Of a stretch of DNA of 64,000 bases, positions 1-10,211 are shown one piece after another. The position numbers were made by a program, and so were the translations under genes. This stretch comes from Spirochaetota bacterium (GTDB lineage Bacteria > Spirochaetota > UBA4802 > UBA5550), in contig CAXXHB010000003.1 in assembly GCA_963664815.2 (NCBI GenBank), forward strand, positions 2,464,001 through 2,528,000, in the 5' to 3' direction. Positions within the stretch are counted from its first letter, which is position 1. Each line of letters begins with the position of its first letter. Under the pieces are notes generated by a model. That model was not told where the DNA came from. It saw nothing but the letters and a program-made list of their open reading frames with translations, and searched no databases.

Positions 1-337
1 CTTTTCCTGTTATTTCCGGAATTATAATTGAAACTTTTTTCATTTTCTTTGAAATACAGAACTTTACAGCGGCAGCGGCACAATTTCTTATACCGTCATT
101 GCTCAGTTTCTTCAGATTACCAAGGCCACAAAGCAGAACACCAGGCTTGTTTTCCATTTTAATAAAATATAATTCTGAAAATTTACCTGTAAAATGACTT
201 AAATCTGAACCTTTTATAAAATCAGATTCTTTAAGTTTCATCACTGAAAGGTCTTTAAGATGATCTTCATCAGAAAAAATTATTACAATATCATCTTTAC
301 CGAGTTTACCCGTATCATTCTTCAAAGCTGCTTTCAT
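1..337 (-). CDS. Leucyl aminopeptidase (M17)-like, N-terminal part, runs off the window edge
   Basis: Not in the ORF track. Manual translation from ATG 337 (GGGGGA RBS): MKAALKND...HFTGKFSELY...VLLCGLGNLKKLSNDGIRNCAAAAV, resembling the PepA N-terminal domain; open to position 1. Confidence 0.65.
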   Translation of the reverse strand, partial: MKAALKNDTGKLGKDDIVIIFSDEDHLKDLSVMKLKESDFIKGSDLSHFTGKFSELYFIKMENKPGVLLCGLGNLKKLSNDGIRNCAAAAVKFCISKKMKKVSIIIPEITGK

Positions 338-728
338 CCGTTCCCCCCTGAATATCTATGCATTTTTAACATTTTACACTGTGTCTCATTAACATTTATA
401 GATTCATAACAGCCTTCTGCCTGGTCTGACCCTGGTAAAAACAAGCTACATCACAGCAGAACACTCACTTAATATATTTGTAAATTCAAAGTTTTACAGC
501 CGACAAAATGAAATATAAAAAATCTTTATTTATTATAACTCTCAAACGACCTGAACTACCACGTTTTTATAGAGATGTCTGGCATGAGATAAGTTTTATC
601 TTCATTACCTGTTTTATTATCGATTCAGAACTATAAAAAATATCAGATAATTTCAAATATAATTCATTTCAGTATAATATTATTTCGTCCAAAAGACGCT
701 ATTAAAATGTATTCTTAGACTGACTAAT

Positions 729-744
729 AATAACACGTGTTATT
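729..744. promoter_or_regulatory. 16-bp perfect palindrome AATAACACGTGTTATT, candidate operator
   Basis: Perfect inverted repeat in the divergent pepA-like/fadN intergenic region. Confidence 0.3.
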
Positions 745-862
745 CTAACTTTTAAAATGAAATTAGGATAAAAATCGCTATCCAACAAATATAAACAACG
801 GGCCGGATATGGATACAATTTGAAAAATTTTGCCGGTTTTTTCCGATTCAATCATATTGATA

Positions 863-892
863 TTGACATTTTTTTTTAAGAATTTATATGTT
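863..892 (+). promoter_or_regulatory. Putative sigma70 promoter of the fadN-thiolase operon
   Basis: TTGACA (863-868), 18-nt spacer, TATGTT. Confidence 0.35.
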
Positions 893-1032
893 GCATGTGT
901 GTTAAGTTTCATATCATATACAAATTTTGTATTTATTCCTGTACAAAATGTATAAAAAAAAACAAATTTTTCTTATCACAACCCTTAAACAAACAAAAAT
1001 TGTTTATCAACAGACTTTCACAGGAGGTTTTT

Positions 1033-3435
1033 ATGACTAGAAGGATCGAAAAAGTAGCTGTAATCGGGTCTGGTATCATGGGGGGCGGTATTGCTGCTCT
1101 TTGCGCCAGTGCTGGCATCAAAACTTTATTGTTAGACATTGCTCCCTTTGATCTTAAAGATGAAGAGAAAAATGTTCGTGCAGCAAAAAACAGAATAGTT
1201 GACGCCGGTCTTCAAGCCCAGGTTAAAGCTAAACCAGCAGCATTCATGGACAAAAAACATGACATTCCCCTAATCGAATTAGGGAACCTTACAGACGATT
1301 TCGACCAACTCAAAGATTGCGATCTTATTTTTGAAGTTGTTGTTGAAAATCTTAAAATCAAACAGGATCTTTATGCAAGACTTGAGAAAATAAGAAAACC
1401 TGGTTCAATTATTGCTTCCAACACTTCAGGTCTTCCACTTGCAAAAATGGCAGAAGGAAGAAGCAAAGATTTTAACGAACATTTTCTTATTACTCACTTT
1501 TTCAACCCTGTACGTTACATGAAAATTCTTGAGTGTATAGCAGGCAAGGAAACAAAAAAAGAAGTTTGTGATTTCATATCTAAATGGGGCGAGCAGACTC
1601 TTGGTAAAGGTGTTGTTTGGGGAAATGATACTCCTAACTTTATCGGAAACAGAATCGGGATGATCGTAATCTGTGAAGCTACTCAACTTCTTGAAAAAGG
1701 TGAAATGACAATTCCTGAAGCTGACGCAATTTTCTCTAAACCAATGGGTATTCCCGGAACAGGTATATTCGGTCTTACAGACTTCGTTGGTGCAGACACA
1801 ACTGACCACATCGCTGACAACTCTTATGAGCTTCTTGTAAACGATGAATTCAGAGAAAAATACAAACTCCCTAAATTCTACAAAGATATGATGGCTAAAG
1901 GGATGTATGGAAACAAAGCTAAAGATAAAGGCGGTTTCTATCTTTCAGGTAAAGGCGCTGACGGCAAAAAATTCAAAAAAGTTCTCGATATTAAAACTCT
2001 TACACATGTTGATTACGATACAAAAGCAACATACCCTGTAGTAGAAGCAACAAAAGCATTGAAAACACCTGGTGAAAAGATTAAGTATATTTTCAACAAC
2101 AGTGATTTCTCAGCCAAGCTTCTTTCAGTTATGTTCGTATACTCAGCAAACAGAATCCCTGAAATATGTGAAACCCTTGTTGACATTGACAATGCTATGA
2201 AATGGGGATATGCATATGAATTCGGTCCATTCGAAATGTGGGATTTCATAGGAGTTAAAGAGTCTCTTGCAAGAATAGAAAAAGTTGGATACAAAGTACC
2301 TGCAGTTATCAAAACTATGGTTGATAAAGGCGCTGCAACTTTCTACAGAGTTGAAAAAGGCAAAAAACAGTTCTGGGATTTCGCATCTGCATCATACAAA
2401 GATGTACAGTACAGCCCATCAATGATATTCCTTGCCAATGTTAAAGCTGACAAAGCTAAAGTTGTTAAAGGAAACAGCAGCTGCTCACTCGTTGATATTG
2501 GAGACGGAGTATATAACTTCGAATTCCACACAAAGATGAATGCGCTTAACAATGAAATCAACGACTTCATCCCTGAAGTTATGGATTTCTGTAATAAAAA
2601 CGCTGTTGGTCTTGTAGTTGGAAACCAGGCTTCCGGTATGCCGGGCGCTTTCAGTGCAGGCGGAGACCTCAAATATATGGGTAGTCTTGCTGCAGCTAAA
2701 AAATACAGCGAAATCGAAGCTTTCATCCTTCAGACTCAGAGAAATATGTCTTCTCTTAAATACTGCGGATTCCCAACAGTTGCTGCTCCTTACGGAATGG
2801 CTCTCGGCGGTGGATGTGAAATCTGTATGTGGGCAGACAAAATTGTTGCACATTGCGAACTCTATATGGGTCTCGTAGAAGTAGGCGCTGGCCTTATTCC
2901 TGCAGGTGGCGGATGTACAAACCTCTGGAGAAGACATGTGGAAGCTCCTCTTTCACCACAAACTGATTTACTTGCAATGTTCCTGAAGGTATTCCAGGCT
3001 ATAGCAATGGCTCAGGTTGGCGGATCTGCAATGGATGCAAGAAAAGCTGGTTTCCTGAGACCGGTTGACAGAATCATCTTCAACAAAGACTATCTAATTG
3101 GCGAAGCCAAAAAAGAAGTTCTCAGAATGGTTGAAGACGGATATGTTGCTCCTGCAAGAAGCGCTATTAAAGTTATGGGCCAGGATGCAATGGGTCCTGT
3201 TGATTCCAACATTCCTGATATGCTTGCAGCATACCAGATTGCTCCTCACATGGCAGAGATTGCCAGAATCGTTGCCTACATCGTATCCGGTGGAGAAGCA
3301 AAACAGGGTTCAGAAATTTCTGAAGAAGCAATGCTCAAACTCGAAAGAGAAGCATTTGTTCAGCTCTGGAAAGATGAAAAATCTCAGAAGATGGCTGATC
3401 ATATGGCTACTAAAGGGAAACCTTTATTCCTATAA
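1033..3435 (+). CDS. fadN: 3-hydroxyacyl-CoA dehydrogenase / enoyl-CoA hydratase (FadN-like)
   Basis: GSGIMGGG Rossmann motif, SNTSGL, THFFNPVRYM, C-terminal crotonase (AFSAGGDL, ALGGGCE). AGGAGG RBS before ATG 1033. Confidence 0.9.
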   Translation: MTRRIEKVAVIGSGIMGGGIAALCASAGIKTLLLDIAPFDLKDEEKNVRAAKNRIVDAGLQAQVKAKPAAFMDKKHDIPLIELGNLTDDFDQLKDCDLIFEVVVENLKIKQDLYARLEKIRKPGSIIASNTSGLPLAKMAEGRSKDFNEHFLITHFFNPVRYMKILECIAGKETKKEVCDFISKWGEQTLGKGVVWGNDTPNFIGNRIGMIVICEATQLLEKGEMTIPEADAIFSKPMGIPGTGIFGLTDFVGADTTDHIADNSYELLVNDEFREKYKLPKFYKDMMAKGMYGNKAKDKGGFYLSGKGADGKKFKKVLDIKTLTHVDYDTKATYPVVEATKALKTPGEKIKYIFNNSDFSAKLLSVMFVYSANRIPEICETLVDIDNAMKWGYAYEFGPFEMWDFIGVKESLARIEKVGYKVPAVIKTMVDKGAATFYRVEKGKKQFWDFASASYKDVQYSPSMIFLANVKADKAKVVKGNSSCSLVDIGDGVYNFEFHTKMNALNNEINDFIPEVMDFCNKNAVGLVVGNQASGMPGAFSAGGDLKYMGSLAAAKKYSEIEAFILQTQRNMSSLKYCGFPTVAAPYGMALGGGCEICMWADKIVAHCELYMGLVEVGAGLIPAGGGCTNLWRRHVEAPLSPQTDLLAMFLKVFQAIAMAQVGGSAMDARKAGFLRPVDRIIFNKDYLIGEAKKEVLRMVEDGYVAPARSAIKVMGQDAMGPVDSNIPDMLAAYQIAPHMAEIARIVAYIVSGGEAKQGSEISEEAMLKLEREAFVQLWKDEKSQKMADHMATKGKPLFL

Positions 3436-3488
3436 GATTTAAAACAGGATTTAATATATCTGTGATTGGTGTTTATTAGACAATAATT

Positions 3489-3522
3489 CTATTTCCTGCC
3501 TTCTGATGATGGCAGGAAATAG
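3489..3522 (+). terminator. Intergenic stem-loop between fadN and thiolase
   Basis: CTATTTCCTGCC / GGCAGGAAATAG stem with a weak U-tail. Confidence 0.45.
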
Positions 3523-3577
3523 TTGTTTATAGACTATTAATTACGATATAAATCAATATTACAGGAGGTTCACGAAA

Positions 3578-4816
3578 ATGAGAGAAGCATTTATCGTTGA
3601 AGCAGTAAGAACACCAGGTTGTAAAAGAGCAAAAGGTCTCCTTGCAAACACAAGACCTGAAGAACTCATCGTAACAGCTCTTAAAGGCTGTATGGAAAGA
3701 GCATCAAAAGTTCCAACATCTGCAATTGAGGACATTATGTGCGGTTGTGCATTCCCCGAAGCAGAACAGGGTATCAACGTTGGACGTATCGCAGCTCTCA
3801 TGGCCGGTTTCCCGGTTACAGCATGCGGCGCAACAGTAAACAGATTCTGTAACTCAGGTCTGGAAGCAGTTGTTATTTCTGCAATGAAAGTTCAGACAGG
3901 TATCGCTGACGTTACTATGGGAGCTGGTCTTGAGTCAATGAGTACAGTTCCTATGGGTGGAAATCTTCCAAGGCCTCACCCGGATTTTTCAAAAGTTGAC
4001 CCTACAGTTTATATGTCAATGGGTATAACAGCTGAAAACGTTGCAAGAAGATACAATGTAACACGTAAAGATCAGGATTATTTTGCTTATCATTCACACC
4101 TCAAAGCTGCAGAAGCTCAGAAAAAAGGCCTTTTTACAGAAATCGTTCCTGTAAATGCAACTAAATTTGTTGCTCAGCCTGACGGATCATATAAAAGAGA
4201 ATATTTCAAAGTAGATTATGATGATGGCGTACAGCAGACTCCGGATCTTGAGAAAATGGGTAAACTGAGAGGAGCTTTCTCAGCTGCTATTCCTAATGTT
4301 CCAAACTCAGGTTCAGTAACAGCTGCTAACTCTTCACAGACAACAGACGGTGCTGCAGCAAACCTTATCATGAGCAAAGAAGCTTGTGAAAAATATGGTG
4401 TTAAACCAAAAGTTAAATATCTTGGATATGTTGTTGCCGGATGTAAATCTGACGAAATGGGTATAGGACCTGCAGTTGCTATTCCTAAACTCTTCGCACA
4501 GACTGGAATCAACATGGATATCATGAAAAAAGACGGTATTTTCGAACTTAACGAAGCTTTCGCATCACAGGGAATTTACTGTGCACGTGAACTCGGAATG
4601 GGAGATCCTAAATACTTCGAATTCGGCAGCCCTGATTGCTTTATAAATGTAACTGGTGGAGCTATTGCTCTTGGACACCCTCTGGGATGTACAGGATCAA
4701 AAATATTCGCAACACTCGTTATGAATATGCAGAGACTTGGAAAGAGATACGGTATCGAGTCTATGTGTATAGGCGGCGGTATGGGTGGAGCTGCACTTTT
4801 CGAATTAGTAGGTTAA
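3578..4816 (+). CDS. fadA: Acetyl-CoA C-acyltransferase (thiolase)
   Basis: NRFCNSG catalytic Cys, [26 protein letters not shown]. Confidence 0.93.
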   Translation: MREAFIVEAVRTPGCKRAKGLLANTRPEELIVTALKGCMERASKVPTSAIEDIMCGCAFPEAEQGINVGRIAALMAGFPVTACGATVNRFCNSGLEAVVISAMKVQTGIADVTMGAGLESMSTVPMGGNLPRPHPDFSKVDPTVYMSMGITAENVARRYNVTRKDQDYFAYHSHLKAAEAQKKGLFTEIVPVNATKFVAQPDGSYKREYFKVDYDDGVQQTPDLEKMGKLRGAFSAAIPNVPNSGSVTAANSSQTTDGAAANLIMSKEACEKYGVKPKVKYLGYVVAGCKSDEMGIGPAVAIPKLFAQTGINMDIMKKDGIFELNEAFASQGIYCARELGMGDPKYFEFGSPDCFINVTGGAIALGHPLGCTGSKIFATLVMNMQRLGKRYGIESMCIGGGMGGAALFELVG

Positions 4817-4841
4817 TTTTAAACTTTTTCGATATAGTTTT

Positions 4842-4871
4842 AAAAGCCGGTATTTTTTACCGGCTTTTTTT
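4842..4871 (+). terminator. Rho-independent terminator
   Basis: AAAAGCCGGTA / TACCGGCTTTTTTT. Confidence 0.8.
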
Positions 4872-4944
4872 ATGTCTCTTACTTAAGTTATCCCCTGAAA
4901 ATGCCGATATATTTTCATATTGATCAATGGGGGGGATGGAGACC

Positions 4945-5091
4945 ATGAACAATAGAAATTCAGTATCAAATAACTGGAAAGATGACCAGATTACTGTTTT
5001 TAAAAAATACATCAAGAATTTCAAACCTGGTACAATTGAGTATATGAAACTGGCACAGGGTATAAAAGATCTCGAAAATGCATGTATTTAA
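4945..5091 (+). CDS. Small hypothetical protein (48 aa)
   Basis: Below the ORF-track cutoff. G-rich RBS; MNNRNSVSNNWKDDQITVFKKYIKNFKPGTIEYMKLAQGIKDLENACI. Confidence 0.45.
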   Translation: MNNRNSVSNNWKDDQITVFKKYIKNFKPGTIEYMKLAQGIKDLENACI

Positions 5092-5464
5092 ATCATGCTT
5101 CGGTTTCACAAGCTGGATATTACTATACCTTTATTAAATGAAATTTCTGTAACCGGGATAATCTTTTTTCTATCAGGTATTAAATTTATAGAAACTGAGT
5201 TATCATGCCTGAAATTAAATGAAATGCAGGATTAAACATTACATATTTTTATAAGTTTAACGGCATATAATTAAATCTTTCCCGCGAAAAACATATAAGA
5301 TTCTGATGAAAATCAAATTCTGCATATTAATTTAATTAATCATATGAAACAAAAATATCTTTAATAACCCGAAAATATATATATAACAAAAAAAATACTT
5401 TGCATTTAAGGAAAGGCATGGAAATATTATATTAGTTAATTACTTCAACAAGCGGGGAATATTT

Positions 5465-5911
5465 ATGAGTGAAAGACCTTCATGGGACATGTATTTTATG
5501 AAAATTGCGGAAGATGTCTCCACAAGGTCAACCTGCCTCAGAAGACAGGTTGGAGCAGTAATTGTCAAAGATAAACGTATGCTTACCACGGGATACAACG
5601 GAGCACCAACAGGTATATCACATTGTACTAAACAAAATTGCCTCAGAACTATATATAATGTCCCCAGCGGTGAAAGACATGAATTATGCAGAGGTCTTCA
5701 TGCGGAGCAAAATGCAATAATTCAGGCTGCTTATTACGGAGTTTCAGTAAAGGGGGCTAAAATATATATTACAACTCAGCCATGTTCTATATGTACAAAA
5801 ATGCTGATTAATAGCGGTATAGACACATTCATTTACAGATCACCATACAATGACCCTCTGTCAGAGACTATGATTAAAGAAGCTGGAATAAACTGCAGGA
5901 TAATGGAATAG
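5465..5911 (+). CDS. dCMP/cytidine deaminase (ComEB-like)
   Basis: [23 protein letters not shown] and PCxxC zinc motifs. Confidence 0.92.
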   Translation: MSERPSWDMYFMKIAEDVSTRSTCLRRQVGAVIVKDKRMLTTGYNGAPTGISHCTKQNCLRTIYNVPSGERHELCRGLHAEQNAIIQAAYYGVSVKGAKIYITTQPCSICTKMLINSGIDTFIYRSPYNDPLSETMIKEAGINCRIME

Positions 5912-5915
5912 TAAC

Positions 5916-6620
5916 ATGAAAAAAACAGTATATTTTACTTTGTTTTTTCTCTTATTTCTTCAATCCGCTTCTCTTCCTCAGGAAAAAAAAGAGGAGAATA
6001 CATTTACACGTGCTACAAAGTATTTTTTCCAGAAAAAGTTTGAAATGGCCGAGGTTCTTTTTCAGGAAGTTTTAAAAAAAGAGCCTGAGAACGCCCTAGC
6101 CTACTCCTATCTTGGCGATATTTATCTAAAAAAACAGCAATACGATGGTGCTTTAAATCTTTATCTTAAAGCTATAGATATAAATCCTGATTTGGCTGAA
6201 AATTATTTCAGACTCGGGCAGATTTTTTACTATAAAAAAAATTCAAACCTTGCTCTTGAAAACTTTAACAAAGCGTATGTTAAAAATAATAAGCTTAAAA
6301 CCTGTTTATACCAGATAGGCCTCACACACCTGATGCTTCTGAGGGATAAAGAAAAAACAATTGAATACTGGGAAAATTATATTAAAGCCGTACCTGAAGA
6401 TCCGCAGTATGACAGTATAAAAAGGGTAATTGAACTGCTTCGCGATCCAAACTTTAAACTTCCCTCATTGGACAGTAAAATTTCAATTGAAGAAGCTCTT
6501 CTTCTTGGAGGCTCCACTCTTGATACACAGGATAGAGCTGGTGAGAATAAAAAAGCTGATCACGAATCAAAAAAGTCAAAAGATACAATTGAAGATATAT
6601 ATAATGATGATCTTGAATAA
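5916..6620 (+). CDS. Secreted TPR protein
   Basis: Signal peptide followed by TPR motifs (AYSYLGDIY, YFRLGQIF). Confidence 0.8.
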   Translation: MKKTVYFTLFFLLFLQSASLPQEKKEENTFTRATKYFFQKKFEMAEVLFQEVLKKEPENALAYSYLGDIYLKKQQYDGALNLYLKAIDINPDLAENYFRLGQIFYYKKNSNLALENFNKAYVKNNKLKTCLYQIGLTHLMLLRDKEKTIEYWENYIKAVPEDPQYDSIKRVIELLRDPNFKLPSLDSKISIEEALLLGGSTLDTQDRAGENKKADHESKKSKDTIEDIYNDDLE

Positions 6621-6634
6621 ATCGGGGGGCTCAA

Positions 6635-9019
6635 ATGAACTATAACGATAACAGTAAAAAATTCATAGCCGGTGGAGCAGTATTGGCATTAACTGCCGGC
6701 ATCATTTACCTTCTTTTTTTCAGATCACCGGATTATGCTGACAACATAAGCGATCTTCGAATTAAACAGATTGAGCTCTACTCAAACCTCCTCGATACTG
6801 ATCCGGGTAATATCGGTATAATGCTTAAAATTGCCGATCTTTACAAATCTTTAGGTGAGTATGGTAAAGCCGTCAGTTATTACAATAAAATATTGAAGAT
6901 TGATCCAAACAACTACGATGCTCTTAACGGTCTTGGCCATGCTTATGCGCTTGACCGGGATTATGACAAAGCCATTAAAATATTTGAAATAGCAAAAGGT
7001 AAAAAACCATCTATACCTGCTGCCTACAATAAACTCGGCAATGTATATGATTCAAAATCAGAGCTTGAAAAGGCCCTGAACGAATATAAGGCTGCTCAGA
7101 AAATTGCCCCGAAGGATCAGGAAAGTTACAAGAATATTGCGAATCAGAAACTTTCCAAAGGTGATACTGTTGGAGCTATAAAAATAGTTGAGCAGGGTAT
7201 AAACAACAATCCTGGTGATGCCGAGGGATACTATAACCTTGGAAATCTTCACCTTAAAGCCGGTCAAAATGGAAAAGCTAAAGAGAAATTCAATAAAGCA
7301 ATAGGATTAAACTCCAGAACAGGAAAGTATTACAAAGGTCTTGGCGATAGTGAATATAAAATGGGAAATATGGATAATGCAGTTGCAGCATATAAAAAAG
7401 CGCTTGAACTCGAAGCAAACGATGCCGCTTCAGCTGAAAGACTTGGTGATATAGAACTTACCAAAAAAGATTTTGAAGGGGCGGCAGGATATTACAGAAA
7501 AGGCCTCGAATATGATTCAGACAATAAAAGTATCAGGAAGAAGTATAATTATGCAATGAATGAACTGGAAAAACTGAAAAAGAAAAAGGATTCAGACATA
7601 GCTGCAACTCAGAATAAACCTGATAATAAAACTGATAATACAACTGTTGTGAATGATCCGGTAAAGCAGGATAATCCTGCAGATATAGCCAATGGAGACA
7701 GCTCGGTAAAAAAAACAAAAACCAATGATGTAAACAAGGATGCCCAGAAATGGAGAGAGATAGGAGATAATCACAGGGAGAAAAAGGAATTTGATGACGC
7801 TGTTAAAGCCTATAGAAAAGCTGTTGAACTTGATAAAAATGATGATCACTCCTATTACTGGCAGGGCAGGATATATACTCATCAGAAAGCATATGATGAA
7901 GCTAAAAAAGCATTTCAGAATGCAATTGCAGCAAATCCCAATAACAGCGATTCTTATTACAGACTTGGTTACCTCCAATACATAGATAAGAAATACAAGG
8001 ATTCGATTCAATCATTCAGCAATGCCATATCGCACGATCCTAATCACGCCAAGGCATATTATGCCAGAGGCTTGTCCAGCCAGCAGACGAATGACAAGTC
8101 AAAAGCAATTGCAGACTTCCAGAAATCTGTTTCTATTGATCCGAAGATGGACAGGGCTCATTTCAGTATCGGGACAATACAGCTTGAATCGAAAAACTAT
8201 AACGAGGCACTTAAGAGTTTCACAAAAGATCTTGAGCTTAGACCTGATAATCCTGAGACAAACTTTAAAATTGCCGAAACTTACCATGAAATGAAAAGTT
8301 ATAATAATGCTTCAAATTATTACCAGAAAACGATTCAGAAAGAACCGAATCACTTCCAGGCTTATTTTAACCTTGGTCTTATCAACCAGCAGAAAAAAAA
8401 TTACAACGAAGCGATCCCCCTCTTTGAAAAAGCCTCATCTATTAAAGGTGGAGATGCCGCCTCCTTATATGAAACCGGAAAAGCATATGAAGGATTAAAT
8501 AATGACATTAAAGCAATCGAAAGCTATGAAAAAGCTGTATCAATTAATCCATCCTATACCAATGCTTACATCAATCTCGGCAGCCTCTATTCCGGTAAAA
8601 AACTTTACGACAAAGCAGTAGAGCAGTTCAGGAAAGCCGCCGATAATTCGCCAAGATCATACAGTGCACATTACAATCTTGCGAATGCATACAGAGAGAT
8701 GAAAATGTTTAATGAGGCAGTAGAAGAATATAATGTAGCTCTTACAATCAGCCCTCTTGAATATAAAGCTCATTTTGATCTTGGTATAGCATACAGGGAT
8801 CAGAATAATTTTACAAGTGCCGTCTCATCATTTGAAAAATCGATACAGATCAACAACAGCCAGGTAGAGCCTCATGAAGAACTGGGAATGATCTATTACA
8901 GGAATCTCAAAGATAACCAGAAAGCTGTATATCATTTTGAAAAAGTACTCTCGATGAAACCGAATCATCCAGATGCTGATAAAATGAAATCTATCATAAA
9001 TCTTATTAAGGGTAAATAG
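6635..9019 (+). CDS. Large membrane-anchored TPR protein
   Basis: N-terminal TM helix and two blocks of many 34-aa TPRs separated by a low-complexity linker. Confidence 0.88.
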   Translation: MNYNDNSKKFIAGGAVLALTAGIIYLLFFRSPDYADNISDLRIKQIELYSNLLDTDPGNIGIMLKIADLYKSLGEYGKAVSYYNKILKIDPNNYDALNGLGHAYALDRDYDKAIKIFEIAKGKKPSIPAAYNKLGNVYDSKSELEKALNEYKAAQKIAPKDQESYKNIANQKLSKGDTVGAIKIVEQGINNNPGDAEGYYNLGNLHLKAGQNGKAKEKFNKAIGLNSRTGKYYKGLGDSEYKMGNMDNAVAAYKKALELEANDAASAERLGDIELTKKDFEGAAGYYRKGLEYDSDNKSIRKKYNYAMNELEKLKKKKDSDIAATQNKPDNKTDNTTVVNDPVKQDNPADIANGDSSVKKTKTNDVNKDAQKWREIGDNHREKKEFDDAVKAYRKAVELDKNDDHSYYWQGRIYTHQKAYDEAKKAFQNAIAANPNNSDSYYRLGYLQYIDKKYKDSIQSFSNAISHDPNHAKAYYARGLSSQQTNDKSKAIADFQKSVSIDPKMDRAHFSIGTIQLESKNYNEALKSFTKDLELRPDNPETNFKIAETYHEMKSYNNASNYYQKTIQKEPNHFQAYFNLGLINQQKKNYNEAIPLFEKASSIKGGDAASLYETGKAYEGLNNDIKAIESYEKAVSINPSYTNAYINLGSLYSGKKLYDKAVEQFRKAADNSPRSYSAHYNLANAYREMKMFNEAVEEYNVALTISPLEYKAHFDLGIAYRDQNNFTSAVSSFEKSIQINNSQVEPHEELGMIYYRNLKDNQKAVYHFEKVLSMKPNHPDADKMKSIINLIKGK

Positions 9020-9454
9020 ATGAAAAATGTTTTTTTCCCTCTAATGCTATTATTTATTTTCAGTTCCTGTGTATCACACGATTTAAAGGAACCCTATAAA
9101 TCTAATTTTACAACATCCGGCGCATTAACTGATGACTGTTTCCAGGTTATAATTACAACACCGCCTGACAAAAATCTGAAAATTATGGCAGATCAGCGCG
9201 AAAATTCACTTATGAAAGCTAAAAACATTATTAAAGACGAAACCGAAAAACAGATAATTTCATATTACCTGTCATCAAAATCAATAAATAATGATAATCT
9301 TACGGAAGATAAAAGTAATATTATTAAAATAAAAGCTTTAAAATATGTTGAATATGGAAAAATTGAACATGAATACTTTTTGATCGATAATTCAGTAGTT
9401 ATCATATTCAGGATATTTAAAAAGGGGATAAAAAACGAAATTCTGAATTTTTAA
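9020..9454 (+). CDS. Hypothetical lipoprotein
   Basis: Lipobox-like IFSSC; directly abuts the TPR gene. Confidence 0.7.
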   Translation: MKNVFFPLMLLFIFSSCVSHDLKEPYKSNFTTSGALTDDCFQVIITTPPDKNLKIMADQRENSLMKAKNIIKDETEKQIISYYLSSKSINNDNLTEDKSNIIKIKALKYVEYGKIEHEYFLIDNSVVIIFRIFKKGIKNEILNF

Positions 9455-9504
9455 ACCTGCTTTCAGACTTTTATTTTTTTAATTATATTTTTTAACAGGA
9501 ATAT

Positions 9505-9536
9505 AACCTCACTTCTCACAACAAGTGAGGTTTTTT
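9505..9536 (+). terminator. Rho-independent terminator
   Basis: AACCTCACTT / AAGTGAGGTT followed by a T-tract. Confidence 0.7.
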
Positions 9537-9751
9537 AAATTATATTTTTTTAAAATACATATATGAACAGCAATTATTTCTGATTTTACATATATACATT
9601 CAATTTCACTGATTAAAAACCGATAATAAAATAAAGATCATTATACAAAGAATGTGTTAAATTCTTATATTGCCCTACATAAACGGCATTATATATATCA
9701 ATTTTAATACAGTTTTATTTATTAATATATCTTATTTAAAAGAGGTTTATC

Positions 9752-10192
9752 ATGGGAAAAAAATGTTTAATTCTCTGCATGGTATTATTTTTATTAACTT
9801 TTCTGGTACAAAATTGCTTAACAGAATCAAAGAAAAAGCCTGTGAATGATAATACAGATATAAAAAATGGACTGAATGAATCATTCCGAAAAACCGGATG
9901 GATTTCGGAGAATAAGTACAGGGCTGTAGTGTTTATTATAACAAATGAAGAATGTGAAAAAAGCACTGCTTCAGAAATTGAAGAAAAAATAAAATATGAA
10001 GCTTACAAATTTTTACAGAAAGAGCTAAATCCATCTTTTAACAGAAATGCCTTTATACAAATTAAAGGACTCTCTGATAATTTCGGTAAACTTATAAAAG
10101 TTGATAAAGATTGTGTTGATGGAAATATTTATTTTTTTGATATTGAGAAAAAAGATCTTAAAGCAGATTTTGAAAAAATAAAAAATTTATAA
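9752..10192 (+). CDS. Hypothetical lipoprotein, probable paralog of 9020-9454
   Basis: GAGG RBS, signal peptide ending in VQNC, shared FxxxGxI/L motif. Confidence 0.7.
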   Translation: MGKKCLILCMVLFLLTFLVQNCLTESKKKPVNDNTDIKNGLNESFRKTGWISENKYRAVVFIITNEECEKSTASEIEEKIKYEAYKFLQKELNPSFNRNAFIQIKGLSDNFGKLIKVDKDCVDGNIYFFDIEKKDLKADFEKIKNL

Positions 10193-10211
10193 ATAGAGTG
10201 GTGACTTACTG

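Noticed and set aside
895-1032. N-terminal extension of fadN in the ORF track
   Set aside because: A strong AGGAGG precedes ATG 1033, and the homologous domain starts there.
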